A stretch of DNA of 32,000 nt from Clostridia bacterium (GCA_045617125.1 JAZLIA010000042.1:21627-53626), one strand, 5' to 3'; numbered from the stretch's first letter, positions 17,417 to 25,539 are shown. The notes: generated by a model not told the origin, from the letters alone. Translations and numbers: made by a program.

Positions 17417-20400
17417 ATGAGCAGAAGATCCTCAGGTCGTTCTTCCGTAGGATCCAGGTCCTTGGTCAGCAAAACGGCTGCCCTTGTGTTTTTTGCAGCA
17501 GCATTGCTGGCGATGATCCTGATCATGCCAAAGGAACCGATCCCCGTTGCGTCAAACGCGGCAGGAGATGGAGAGGGAACACACCGCGGGCTGCATCTTA
17601 CGGAGATCATGACAGATAATAAGAGCGCATTTCCGGATGAGAATGGCAGGTTTGGTGATTGGGTTGAGATAAGCAATCTTTCTGAAGTAACAATGAACCT
17701 GAAAAATGTGGGGCTTTCCAACCGTTCAGATCGTTTTGCTTTCATTTTCCCGGATATGGAATTGGCCCCCGGAGAAAGAGTGTTGGTGTTTTGTGATAAA
17801 ACCAATCAGAATGAAGCAGGAGAAGCGCTTCATGCCAAATTCGGTTTGAGCAGTCTGGGATGCACGGTGTTCCTTTTTGACGCAAACGGTGTGGAAATCG
17901 AGTATGTGACCGTTCCGACCCTGAACGTGGATGAAAGCTACATCCTTAATGAGGAAGGCGGCTGGGAAGTGACTTCGGATTATTCCCCTGGCTTTGAAAA
18001 CACCTTTGACGGCTATTCTGCTTTCCTGAATCATTATACGATCTCCCCGGATACGCTGATGATCAATGAGATCATGGCGGCGCCGAGGACCGGCTTGAGG
18101 GATGAAGACGGTGAGCTTTCCGACTGGGTCGAGATCCGGAATATGACAGGTGAAACTGTCAGCCTGAAAAATGTGTGTTTGAGCGATGACCCGAAGAAGC
18201 CGACCAAATGGATTTTCCCGGAGGATGCGATCATCACGCCCTATGGATATTATCTGGTTTTCTGCAGCGGCAAAAATAAGATCGAAGCGCAAACCAACTA
18301 TCCCCATACCAGTTTCAGTCTTTCTGCTGAAGGGGAGACGGTGCTTCTTTCAACGGTGACCGGGGAACAGCTTGACAGGGTCACCTATGAAACTCTTCCC
18401 AAGGATATGAGCTATGGAAGGGATTATAACGCGCCATACAACTGGCAGGTGTTCACGATGGCGACTCCCACTGTGGATAACAATTCAGCTGGATTTGCTC
18501 AGGCGGATCAGTATATGCGCATGCTGAATGCGACTGGGGTTTATATTTCGGAAGTGATGTCCTCCGCAGATCAGGTAGCAGCGATCAGCGGGACCGAGCC
18601 GGGGGATTTTGTTGAGATCTGCAACACGGGTGAAAACGTGGTGGATCTTTCCGGATGGGGACTGAGCGACAACATCAACTGGCCGCGTAAATGGCAGTTT
18701 CCTCATGGCAGTGCGATATGGCCCGGAGAGTATAAGGTGATTCGACTGGATAAGAGTACTTCTTCGGGAACGGATGCTTCCCAGCTACGCGCATCGTTTT
18801 CACTTGCCCGATCCGGCGGCGAAATGATGACATTATCCGACCCTGATGGTACTGTGCTGGACAGGATCTATATTCCGGATCTTCCCACGGATGTATCTTA
18901 CGGCCGCACCTGGGGAGCTTCGGGTTTTTTTTACTATTCGGTTCCCACCCCGGGTAAAAGCAATTCAGATGGCTTTGTAGGTTATGCAGAGAAGCCTTCC
19001 TTCACCGTTCCCGGAGGAGTATATGTTGAGGGGATCACAGTGGGGGTGAATGTTCCGGAGGGAACGGAAGTCCGCTATACTCTGGACGGAAGCGAGCCGA
19101 CGATCGATAACAGCCAGGTATACGATGGAGCATTTTATATCACGACTCCCTGTGTGATCCGTATCCGTTCTTTCAGGAGCGGGTTACAGCCCAGTGAAAC
19201 GGTGACGGCAAGCTATATACTGAATCAGTATTTTACCGTGCGCGTTGTATCACTGGTGGTTGACCCGGATGACCTTTGGAATGAAAGTACCGGCATGCTT
19301 GCGGAGGGACCGAACGCTGTGAAGGAGCCTGGAAAGCTCCCCTTCAAGAACACGGTATACCGCCAGTATGGAAAGATCCCCAGAAAGGGCCATGTGGAGG
19401 TGTTTGATCACGAACCGGGCAGCACGGCGCTGATCAGTCAGGGGGTCAAGGTGGCCCTGATGGGGGATTACAGTCTGGATATGCCTCAGAAGTCCATGAA
19501 GCTGAGAGCGCAGGCTTCGGACGGCGGAAAATACTTTGATTATCCGCTGTTTGAGAACAGTGTGACCCCCAGAAGTTTCACCTATTATAAGTCCTTCACG
19601 CTCCGAAACAGCGGTAATGACTGTGTGTGGACCCGCCTGATCGACGGCTTTGAGACGACTCTGGTGGAAAGGTATGTGGATACTGATATTATCACCCTTG
19701 CGTGGGAACCATGCGTGGTATACATCAACGGCATCTACTGGGGTCATTTCAATATGCGGGAAAGAAAGGATCGTTTCTGTATCGCACAGCATGAAGGCTT
19801 TGATCTTGAACGATCTGACGAGATCAACATCCTGCGTGCCAATGGCACCTCTGTTCAGGGAAGCAATGCTGAATGGAAGAGCATCGTAGCCCGGCTGAAG
19901 ACCTCCTCTCCGGCTGTTAATGCGGAAGACAGAAAGTTCCTGGATGATAATATCGATATAGACAGTTATCTTGACTGGTTTACGATAGAAATGTATTTTG
20001 GAAATTCTGACCCCGGCAATATTATGTTTTACCGCCTCCCGGGAGAGGAAAACAAATGGAAATGCCTTCTGTTTGACCTGGACTATGGTATGTTTAACAG
20101 TCAATTTGACAGTCCCACCTCCTATACCAAGCCCAAAGGCATGGGTCAGAAACTGATCAACAACACGATTTTCATGAAGATCCTGGAGGTGCCGGAATAC
20201 TTCGAGCTTTTCTGCACCAAGATCGGGAATATGTACAGGAACCTGACGGTCGAGAATATGACGAACACGCTGAATGAACTGACCGCCATGCTTGAACCTG
20301 AAATGGAGATGCATTTCAAACGCTGGGCGGGCGATCCTACCACAAAGCTGGTCAACAGTGATTCTCCAAACTCAGCGGAAGGCTTGCTCCGATACTGGAA

Positions 20401-20542
20401 TACCCGTATCTCACGTGCAAGGAATGTGATCAATAAGCGGCCCTATTATATCTACAAGCTGTTCCAGGATCATTTCAAGCTCAGCAATGCTGAAATGGAA
20501 CGTTATTTCGGCGGTCCCTGTCCGCCCGTTCCGGCAGATTGA
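17417..20542 (+). CDS. Membrane-anchored CotH-family atypical kinase-like protein with three lamin-tail (LTD) domains and a CHB_HEX_C-like domain
   Basis: GAAGGAG RBS (17404-17410) 6 nt before the ATG at 17417. N-terminal basic stretch followed by the TM segment AALVFFAAALLAMILIM. LTD signatures: LHLTEIM..GDWVEISN, LMINEIM..SDWVEIRN, VYISEVM..GDFVEICN (about nt 17591-18949). FTVPGGVYVEG..VRYTLDGSEPT is a chitobiase C-terminal-like domain (about 18998-19219). CotH region about 19238-20480 (KSMKLRA, FTLRNSGNDCVWTR, VVYINGIYWGHFNMRER). Confidence 0.85.
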   Translation: MSRRSSGRSSVGSRSLVSKTAALVFFAAALLAMILIMPKEPIPVASNAAGDGEGTHRGLHLTEIMTDNKSAFPDENGRFGDWVEISNLSEVTMNLKNVGLSNRSDRFAFIFPDMELAPGERVLVFCDKTNQNEAGEALHAKFGLSSLGCTVFLFDANGVEIEYVTVPTLNVDESYILNEEGGWEVTSDYSPGFENTFDGYSAFLNHYTISPDTLMINEIMAAPRTGLRDEDGELSDWVEIRNMTGETVSLKNVCLSDDPKKPTKWIFPEDAIITPYGYYLVFCSGKNKIEAQTNYPHTSFSLSAEGETVLLSTVTGEQLDRVTYETLPKDMSYGRDYNAPYNWQVFTMATPTVDNNSAGFAQADQYMRMLNATGVYISEVMSSADQVAAISGTEPGDFVEICNTGENVVDLSGWGLSDNINWPRKWQFPHGSAIWPGEYKVIRLDKSTSSGTDASQLRASFSLARSGGEMMTLSDPDGTVLDRIYIPDLPTDVSYGRTWGASGFFYYSVPTPGKSNSDGFVGYAEKPSFTVPGGVYVEGITVGVNVPEGTEVRYTLDGSEPTIDNSQVYDGAFYITTPCVIRIRSFRSGLQPSETVTASYILNQYFTVRVVSLVVDPDDLWNESTGMLAEGPNAVKEPGKLPFKNTVYRQYGKIPRKGHVEVFDHEPGSTALISQGVKVALMGDYSLDMPQKSMKLRAQASDGGKYFDYPLFENSVTPRSFTYYKSFTLRNSGNDCVWTRLIDGFETTLVERYVDTDIITLAWEPCVVYINGIYWGHFNMRERKDRFCIAQHEGFDLERSDEINILRANGTSVQGSNAEWKSIVARLKTSSPAVNAEDRKFLDDNIDIDSYLDWFTIEMYFGNSDPGNIMFYRLPGEENKWKCLLFDLDYGMFNSQFDSPTSYTKPKGMGQKLINNTIFMKILEVPEYFELFCTKIGNMYRNLTVENMTNTLNELTAMLEPEMEMHFKRWAGDPTTKLVNSDSPNSAEGLLRYWNTRISRARNVINKRPYYIYKLFQDHFKLSNAEMERYFGGPCPPVPAD

Positions 20543-20545
20543 CCC

Positions 20546-20574
20546 TTTTCATGGTAATAATGGTATGATATAAT
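20546..20574 (+). promoter_or_regulatory. Candidate extended -10 promoter for the DUF4956/VTC genes
   Basis: TGaTATAAT at 20566-20574 with -35 TTTTCA (20546-20551) at 17-nt spacing. It sits in the 62-nt gap after the cotH-like stop. Confidence 0.4.
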
Positions 20575-20604
20575 CAATAAGTATTGTGTATGGAGGAAAA
20601 AGAG

Positions 20605-21333
20605 ATGAATGAATTGATCGAAATGATCCTTGGAAGCGGAGCGTCAGGAGGGGGAAACAGTGTGGTGAATAATTCCACGATATCTGACTGGTTTGCCGGA
20701 CAGCTTGCTAATTTTACCCCCTTGAACGTGGCCTTGGTGCTTTTGTTTGGCTTGATTACCGGCGTCGTTATTTCTTTTGTGTATAAAAAGACCTATCGCG
20801 GCGTTCTCTACAGTCCCTCCTTCTCGCTTACTCTGATTATGCTGACCGTTGTGACTGCCCCTGTCGTAATGGCCATTGGCAGCAATGTGGCGCTTTCTAT
20901 GGGTATGGTCGGCGCTTTGTCCATCGTGCGTTTCAGAACTGCGATCAAGGATCCTCTGGATACTGCTTATATGTTCTGGGCGATCACGATGGGAATTTTA
21001 CTGGGTGCAAAACAGTATATCATTTCTCTTGTTGTTGTGGTCGGGATCAGCATCATTCTGCTGGTGCTGTCTTATGTCAAATTTTCCAATCCCAGCAGTT
21101 ATCTGCTGGTGCTTCATTATGACGATGCCGCTTTCCAGGATATTGAGTCCGAACTTCGTCATGCGGTCAGCTTCTACCGTCTGCGTTCCAAGACCATGAG
21201 CCGCAACGGCGTCGAGATGACCGTGGAGGTGCGTCTTGATCAGCACAGCAGTGATATCGTGTCTAACATGCTTGCAATTGAAGGCGTTCATGATGCTACG
21301 CTGGTGGCCTGCCAGTCTGAAACGGGAGCGTAA
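20605..21333 (+). CDS. DUF4956-family polytopic membrane protein (about 5 TM) with a C-terminal alpha/beta domain of about 85 aa
   Basis: GGAGG RBS (20592-20596) 8 nt before the ATG at 20605. The motif GALSIVRFRTAIKDPLDTAYMFWAI is what I recognise as characteristic of DUF4956. Several hydrophobic helices. The C-terminal segment YLLVLHYDD..VEMTVEVRLD..AIEGVHDATLV suggests an ACT-like beta-alpha-beta-beta-alpha-beta pattern (inference). Confidence 0.75.
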   Translation: MNELIEMILGSGASGGGNSVVNNSTISDWFAGQLANFTPLNVALVLLFGLITGVVISFVYKKTYRGVLYSPSFSLTLIMLTVVTAPVVMAIGSNVALSMGMVGALSIVRFRTAIKDPLDTAYMFWAITMGILLGAKQYIISLVVVVGISIILLVLSYVKFSNPSSYLLVLHYDDAAFQDIESELRHAVSFYRLRSKTMSRNGVEMTVEVRLDQHSSDIVSNMLAIEGVHDATLVACQSETGA

Positions 21334-21335
21334 AC

Positions 21336-22040
21336 ATGGCTTTACCGCTGAGGCACGAAAATAAGTATTATATCAGTGAGCTTCAGTATCAGGTGCTCAG
21401 AAGGGCTTTGAACGGAGCTTTGCAGCTGGATCCTCACTGTGTAAAGAACGGCGGGCAGTATCACATCCGTTCTTTGTATTTTGATACGGTATTTGATGAT
21501 GCGCTCTATGATAAGATCAACGGAGTGAAAGAACGCGATAAATATCGGATGCGGATCTATAATTATTCCGACCGGGAAATTTTCATGGAATGTAAAACCA
21601 AAATGGGCAGTTTTATCTCCAAGCGTTCTGTGAAGATCCCAAGAGATCTGGCGGATCAGCTGATAGCAGCCGATCCGGCAGGGCTGGAAAACACCTCATC
21701 CGGTCTGCTCCGGGATGTATACCGCGAAATGAGAACCCGGCTGCTTCATCCGGTCGTGATCGTCGATTATCTAAGAGAAGCCTATCTTCACCCTGCGGAA
21801 GAAGTGCGTATCACGTTTGATATGAACCTGAGGACAGGGCTCAACAGCATTGACATTTTTGACCCAACGATCCCAACGATCCCTCCCCTTGACCATGGCG
21901 AGATCATTCTGGAAATAAAATACAACCGTGTTCTGCCGCCTTACATTGCGGCGCTGATCTCTTCTTCCTGCCCGGAGCCCGTGCAGACTGCTGTGAGCAA
22001 GTACTGCCTGTGCAGACGTTTTGAAGAAAAGGAGTTCTGA
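21336..22040 (+). CDS. VTC-domain protein (CYTH/triphosphate-tunnel fold, polyphosphate-polymerase-like)
   Basis: It starts 2 nt after the DUF4956 stop. It has the alternating charged/hydrophobic strand motifs typical of tunnel enzymes and bacterial VTC-domain proteins: RHENKYYI, IRSLYFDT, KYRMRIY, MECKTK, RITFDMNL, LEIKY. It has no TM segment. Confidence 0.78.
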   Translation: MALPLRHENKYYISELQYQVLRRALNGALQLDPHCVKNGGQYHIRSLYFDTVFDDALYDKINGVKERDKYRMRIYNYSDREIFMECKTKMGSFISKRSVKIPRDLADQLIAADPAGLENTSSGLLRDVYREMRTRLLHPVVIVDYLREAYLHPAEEVRITFDMNLRTGLNSIDIFDPTIPTIPPLDHGEIILEIKYNRVLPPYIAALISSSCPEPVQTAVSKYCLCRRFEEKEF

Positions 22041-22065
22041 ATAATACAAACATAAGGAGAAAAAC

Positions 22066-22746
22066 ATGCCATTTTCTATAGCGATGGACGGGCCGGTCGG
22101 GGCCGGAAAATCATCGGTAGCCGATGCGGTAGCAAGGGAACTGGGTATCATTCATCTTGATACGGGTGCGATGTATCGAGCTATTGGTCTTTATACGCTT
22201 GAAAACAACATTGATCCGGATGATGAAAAAGCGGTAAGCGACCTGTGCGAAAATGGGAGCATCCGTGTGGATGTTCGATATGAAAACGGGAAACAGTGCA
22301 CTTTGCTTTGCGGTAAGGATGTAACGGGTTTAGTACGGGAGCAGAAGGTAGGAGATGCGGCAAGCAAGGTGTCGCGGTATGCCAAAGTACGTAAGCTGAT
22401 GGTAATGAGCCAGCAGGAGATCGCTAAAAAGCAGAGCATTTTGATCGACGGAAGAGATATCTGCTCTGTTGTTCTTCCGGATGCGACTGTAAAGATCTAT
22501 CTTACTGCTTCAGCTGAAAAAAGGGCTGAAAGAAGAAGACTGCAGCTTCTTGAAAAGGGACAGGATATTCCCTTTGATGAGATCCTGAAGGAAGTGAACG
22601 ACCGCGATTGGCAGGATATGCACCGCGAAGTAACTCCGCTCAGAATTGCTGAAGATGCAGTGATTGTTGATACCAGTGATTGTGATTTTGAAACATCGGT
22701 CCAACGTATCGTGGATCTTGTGAAAGGTGTTGAAGAGAATGCCTGA
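22066..22746 (+). CDS. cmk: Cytidylate kinase
   Basis: AAGGAGA RBS. P-loop IAMDGPVGAGKSS. LDTGAMYRA motif. Conserved position upstream of rpsA. Confidence 0.93.
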   Translation: MPFSIAMDGPVGAGKSSVADAVARELGIIHLDTGAMYRAIGLYTLENNIDPDDEKAVSDLCENGSIRVDVRYENGKQCTLLCGKDVTGLVREQKVGDAASKVSRYAKVRKLMVMSQQEIAKKQSILIDGRDICSVVLPDATVKIYLTASAEKRAERRRLQLLEKGQDIPFDEILKEVNDRDWQDMHREVTPLRIAEDAVIVDTSDCDFETSVQRIVDLVKGVEENA

Positions 22747-23380
22747 AGAAAGCAATGCGGTTTTGACTGCTAAAAAGAAAAACCATTATTACCGTGCTGT
22801 AGCATTTGCCGGCAGGATTGTTTTTAGTACTTTGATACCGATCCGGTATATCGGACTTGAAAATGTATGTGAGGACGGTCCTTTCATTTTGATCAGCAAT
22901 CATCTCACCGCACTGGATCCTGTGGCGATCGCATGCAAATTGAAAAAGTGTGAAATCGTTTTCCTCGGGAAAAAGGAGATTACAAAAGGAAGGGTTGGCA
23001 AATGGTTTACTGACAAGATGAAAATGATTTCCGTGGAAAGGCATGGAACCGACCTTGCCGCCATGCGCAGCTGTATGAGCGTGATTAAGAAACAGGGCGT
23101 ACTGGGAATTTTTCCTGAGGGGACCCGGCACCATGATGGGGTCATGGAGCATATTGAGTCCGGTACCGCTATGATAGCGCTCAGAAGCAAAGCGCGGATC
23201 CAGCCGGTACTGATCAACGGCAAATTGCGTCCGTTCAGGAAAAATACGGTTATCTATGGAAAACCGATGGAGGTTGGTGACCTTTACGAAGAAGGGCTTG
23301 ACAATGAGGTGGCAACGAAGCTGGATGAACGTATCCGCAGCACCTACAGAGAAATGCTGAAGGATACCGAAAAAATTTAA
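22739..23380 (+). CDS. plsC: 1-acyl-sn-glycerol-3-phosphate acyltransferase (lysophospholipid acyltransferase family)
   Basis: HX4D motif NHLTALD and the FPEGTR motif. I chose the ATG at 22739, which overlaps the cmk 3' end by 8 nt. The track start is a GTG at 22727. Confidence 0.85.
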   Translation: MPEESNAVLTAKKKNHYYRAVAFAGRIVFSTLIPIRYIGLENVCEDGPFILISNHLTALDPVAIACKLKKCEIVFLGKKEITKGRVGKWFTDKMKMISVERHGTDLAAMRSCMSVIKKQGVLGIFPEGTRHHDGVMEHIESGTAMIALRSKARIQPVLINGKLRPFRKNTVIYGKPMEVGDLYEEGLDNEVATKLDERIRSTYREMLKDTEKI

Positions 23381-23459
23381 AAAAAATAAAAACTTTTGCA
23401 GGGAAAACGGGAATGATGTCGAATAGAAGAATATCAGCCCTTTCCGGAATGTGATTATT

Positions 23460-25499
23460 ATGGCTGCAAAAATCGTTATTGCAAAGCATGCCGGGTTTTG
23501 TAACGGTGTAAGAAGAGCAATGGATCTGGCTGTTACAGCTGCAGAGAAGGCCAGGGAAGAGGGTAAGCCGATCTGTGCTCTGGGAGAGATCATTCACAAT
23601 GGAGAGGCTCTTCGGAAATTAAGTGACTGCGGAATCCGTACTGTAAACAGTGTGGATGAAGTGGAAAGCGGATATCTGATTATCCGTAGTCACGGTGAAC
23701 CGCCGAAGACTTACAGAAAATGTGAAGAAAAAGGACTGAACGTGGTGGACTGCACATGTCCTTCTGTTGCAAGACTGCATATTCTTGCACGGGAACATAC
23801 GGAGAAGGGCAAGGATGTGATCCTGGTCGGCGATAAAGGTCATCCGGAAGTGATCGCCACAATGGGATGGTGCAGGGAAGGAAGATGTCATCTTGTATCT
23901 GATGAAACAGATGCAGAAATGATAGGCAGCATTCCTGGTGTCCTTGCGCTCAGCCAGACGACTTTTTCCCTTGAGAAATGGAAAAAGATTGTTGATATCT
24001 TATTAAGAAATAATCCAGATCTGCAGATCATGAAAACGATCTGCAATGCCACTGAGCAAAGACAGAGCGAAGCGATCGGCCTGGCTGACAGGAGCGATGT
24101 TATCGTAGTAGTCGGCGGGAAGCAGAGCGCTAACACACAAAAGCTTTATACCCTGTGCAGCGAGCATTGTGAAGAGACCTATTTGGTGGAACGTGCGGCG
24201 GAATTACCGTCACACTGGAATAGACCCCACATCAAACAAATCGGAATAGCCGCCGGCGCATCAACACCGGATTGGTCACTTAAGGAGGTTTACACACACA
24301 TGAACGACATGGAAGAAAAGCGGACTCAGAAAGTGAAGGAGGAAATTTCGGAGCAGGAGCCCGAGCTCACCGAGGAAGAACTGCGCAATCGTTCCTTTAT
24401 GGAAGATGTTGAGAAGAGCATGGTTCGCATTCATAACGGACAGACTCTGACCGGCACTGTCGTGCAGATCACCGAGGATGCGGTATTTGTCAATATCGGT
24501 TATAAAGCCGATGGCCTGATCAAGAGTGAAGATTTGGTTGACAAGGATGCCAAGGTTGGCGATGAGATCGAAGTAGAAGTCGTCAAAGTAAACGATGGCG
24601 AAGGTAATGTTCTTTTGTCTCAGCGCAATATCATCAATCGCAAGGTGTGGGATGACCTCATGGCCAAGTTCCAGGCCGGCGAGTACATTGAAGCGGTCGG
24701 TAAAGAAGCGGTCAAGGGCGGCCTGATCGCGACTGTGGGCGGTGTACGCTGCTTCGTACCTGCTTCCCGCCTTTCTCAGCGTTATGTTGAGAAGATCGAT
24801 CAGTTTGTGGGCAAGGATCTTCGCTTGAAGATCATCGATGTGGATGAGAAAAAGAAGCGTATCGTTGCCAGCCGTAAGGATGTTATTCAGGAAGAATCCG
24901 CTGCCAAGAAGGCTGTTGCCTGGGAGAAGCTCGAAGAAGGTGCTGTTGTTACCGGTATCGTGCGTCGCTTTGCAAGCTTTGGCGCCTTTGTTGATCTGGG
25001 CGGTGTGGACGGACTGATCCATGTGACCGATCTTGCATGGCATCGTGTGAACGATCCCGCTGAAGTGCTGACGATCAACCAGGAAGTGCAGGTCAAGGTG
25101 CTTGGTCTGGATCGTGAACGTGAGCGTATCCAGCTCGGCTATAAGCAGCTGCAGAACAAACCCTGGGACAACATTGAGGAAAAGTATCCCGTAGGTACGA
25201 TTCTTGAACGCACTGTTGTACGCATTCGTGCTTTTGGTGCTTTCGTGGAACTGGAACCCGGTGTGGATGGACTTGTGCATATCAGCCAGTGCGCCGTGAA
25301 CCGGATCGAGAAGGTGGAAGACGTTCTTACTCCGGGACAGACCGTCATGGTGAAGGTGCTCGCTGTGGATCCCGAAGCAAAGCGTATCACGCTGTCTATC
25401 CGTGAAGCTCTGGCGGATCAGGGTGCTCCCGAAGAAGCAATTGATACTGCGATCCCGGGCGAAGAAACCGAAGCCAACGGCGAAGAGAGCGCCGAATAA
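23460..25499 (+). CDS. ispH: Bifunctional 4-hydroxy-3-methylbut-2-enyl diphosphate reductase (IspH) / 30S ribosomal protein S1 fusion
   Basis: The IspH half carries the three cluster cysteines in context: HAGFCNGV, VDCTCPSV, TICNATEQRQ. The S1 half starts at about aa 284 and has four S1 (OB) repeats (GTVVQIT.., VGKEAVKGGL.., GIVRRFASFGAFVDL.., RTVVRIRAFGAFVEL..). The start is ambiguous between GTG 23451 and ATG 23460. Confidence 0.9.
   Translation: MAAKIVIAKHAGFCNGVRRAMDLAVTAAEKAREEGKPICALGEIIHNGEALRKLSDCGIRTVNSVDEVESGYLIIRSHGEPPKTYRKCEEKGLNVVDCTCPSVARLHILAREHTEKGKDVILVGDKGHPEVIATMGWCREGRCHLVSDETDAEMIGSIPGVLALSQTTFSLEKWKKIVDILLRNNPDLQIMKTICNATEQRQSEAIGLADRSDVIVVVGGKQSANTQKLYTLCSEHCEETYLVERAAELPSHWNRPHIKQIGIAAGASTPDWSLKEVYTHMNDMEEKRTQKVKEEISEQEPELTEEELRNRSFMEDVEKSMVRIHNGQTLTGTVVQITEDAVFVNIGYKADGLIKSEDLVDKDAKVGDEIEVEVVKVNDGEGNVLLSQRNIINRKVWDDLMAKFQAGEYIEAVGKEAVKGGLIATVGGVRCFVPASRLSQRYVEKIDQFVGKDLRLKIIDVDEKKKRIVASRKDVIQEESAAKKAVAWEKLEEGAVVTGIVRRFASFGAFVDLGGVDGLIHVTDLAWHRVNDPAEVLTINQEVQVKVLGLDRERERIQLGYKQLQNKPWDNIEEKYPVGTILERTVVRIRAFGAFVELEPGVDGLVHISQCAVNRIEKVEDVLTPGQTVMVKVLAVDPEAKRITLSIREALADQGAPEEAIDTAIPGEETEANGEESAE
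24282..24302 (+). promoter_or_regulatory. Internal Shine-Dalgarno plus in-frame ATG at the IspH/S1 domain junction
   Basis: AAGGAGG (24282-24288), an 11-nt gap, then ATG (24300). The ATG is in frame because (24300-23451) is divisible by 3. It sits exactly where IspH homology ends and the acidic S1 N-terminal leader begins. Confidence 0.35.
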
Positions 25500-25510
25500 T
25501 CGATGATTCA

Positions 25511-25539
25511 GCCGCCTGATAAAACCAGGCGGCTTTTTT
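25511..25539 (+). terminator. Rho-independent terminator after ispH/rpsA
   Basis: gccgcctg (25511-25518) pairs with caggcggc (25526-25533) across a 7-nt loop, followed by TTTTTT (25534-25539). Confidence 0.75.

Noticed and set aside
19250-20314. A 354-aa minus-strand ORF lies inside the CotH region. Similar long antisense ORFs occur at 15280-16293, 24276-25280, 1512-2381, 6544-7281 and 11403-12248.
   Set aside because: The five that I checked are in register with the overlapping real gene: 19250-17390, 15280-14938, 24276-23451, 1512-6 and 11427-11403 are all multiples of 3. I did not verify the register of 6544-7281. They lack start signals and recognisable domains. They reflect systematic codon bias, not overlapping genes.
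20876-21199. A 107-aa alternative-frame ORF lies inside the DUF4956 gene, and a 105-aa ORF lies at 16592-16909.
   Set aside because: The first is an out-of-frame reading of TM-rich coding sequence. The second crosses the bidirectional terminator and is antisense to the 3' end of the 16706-17176 gene. Neither has start signals.
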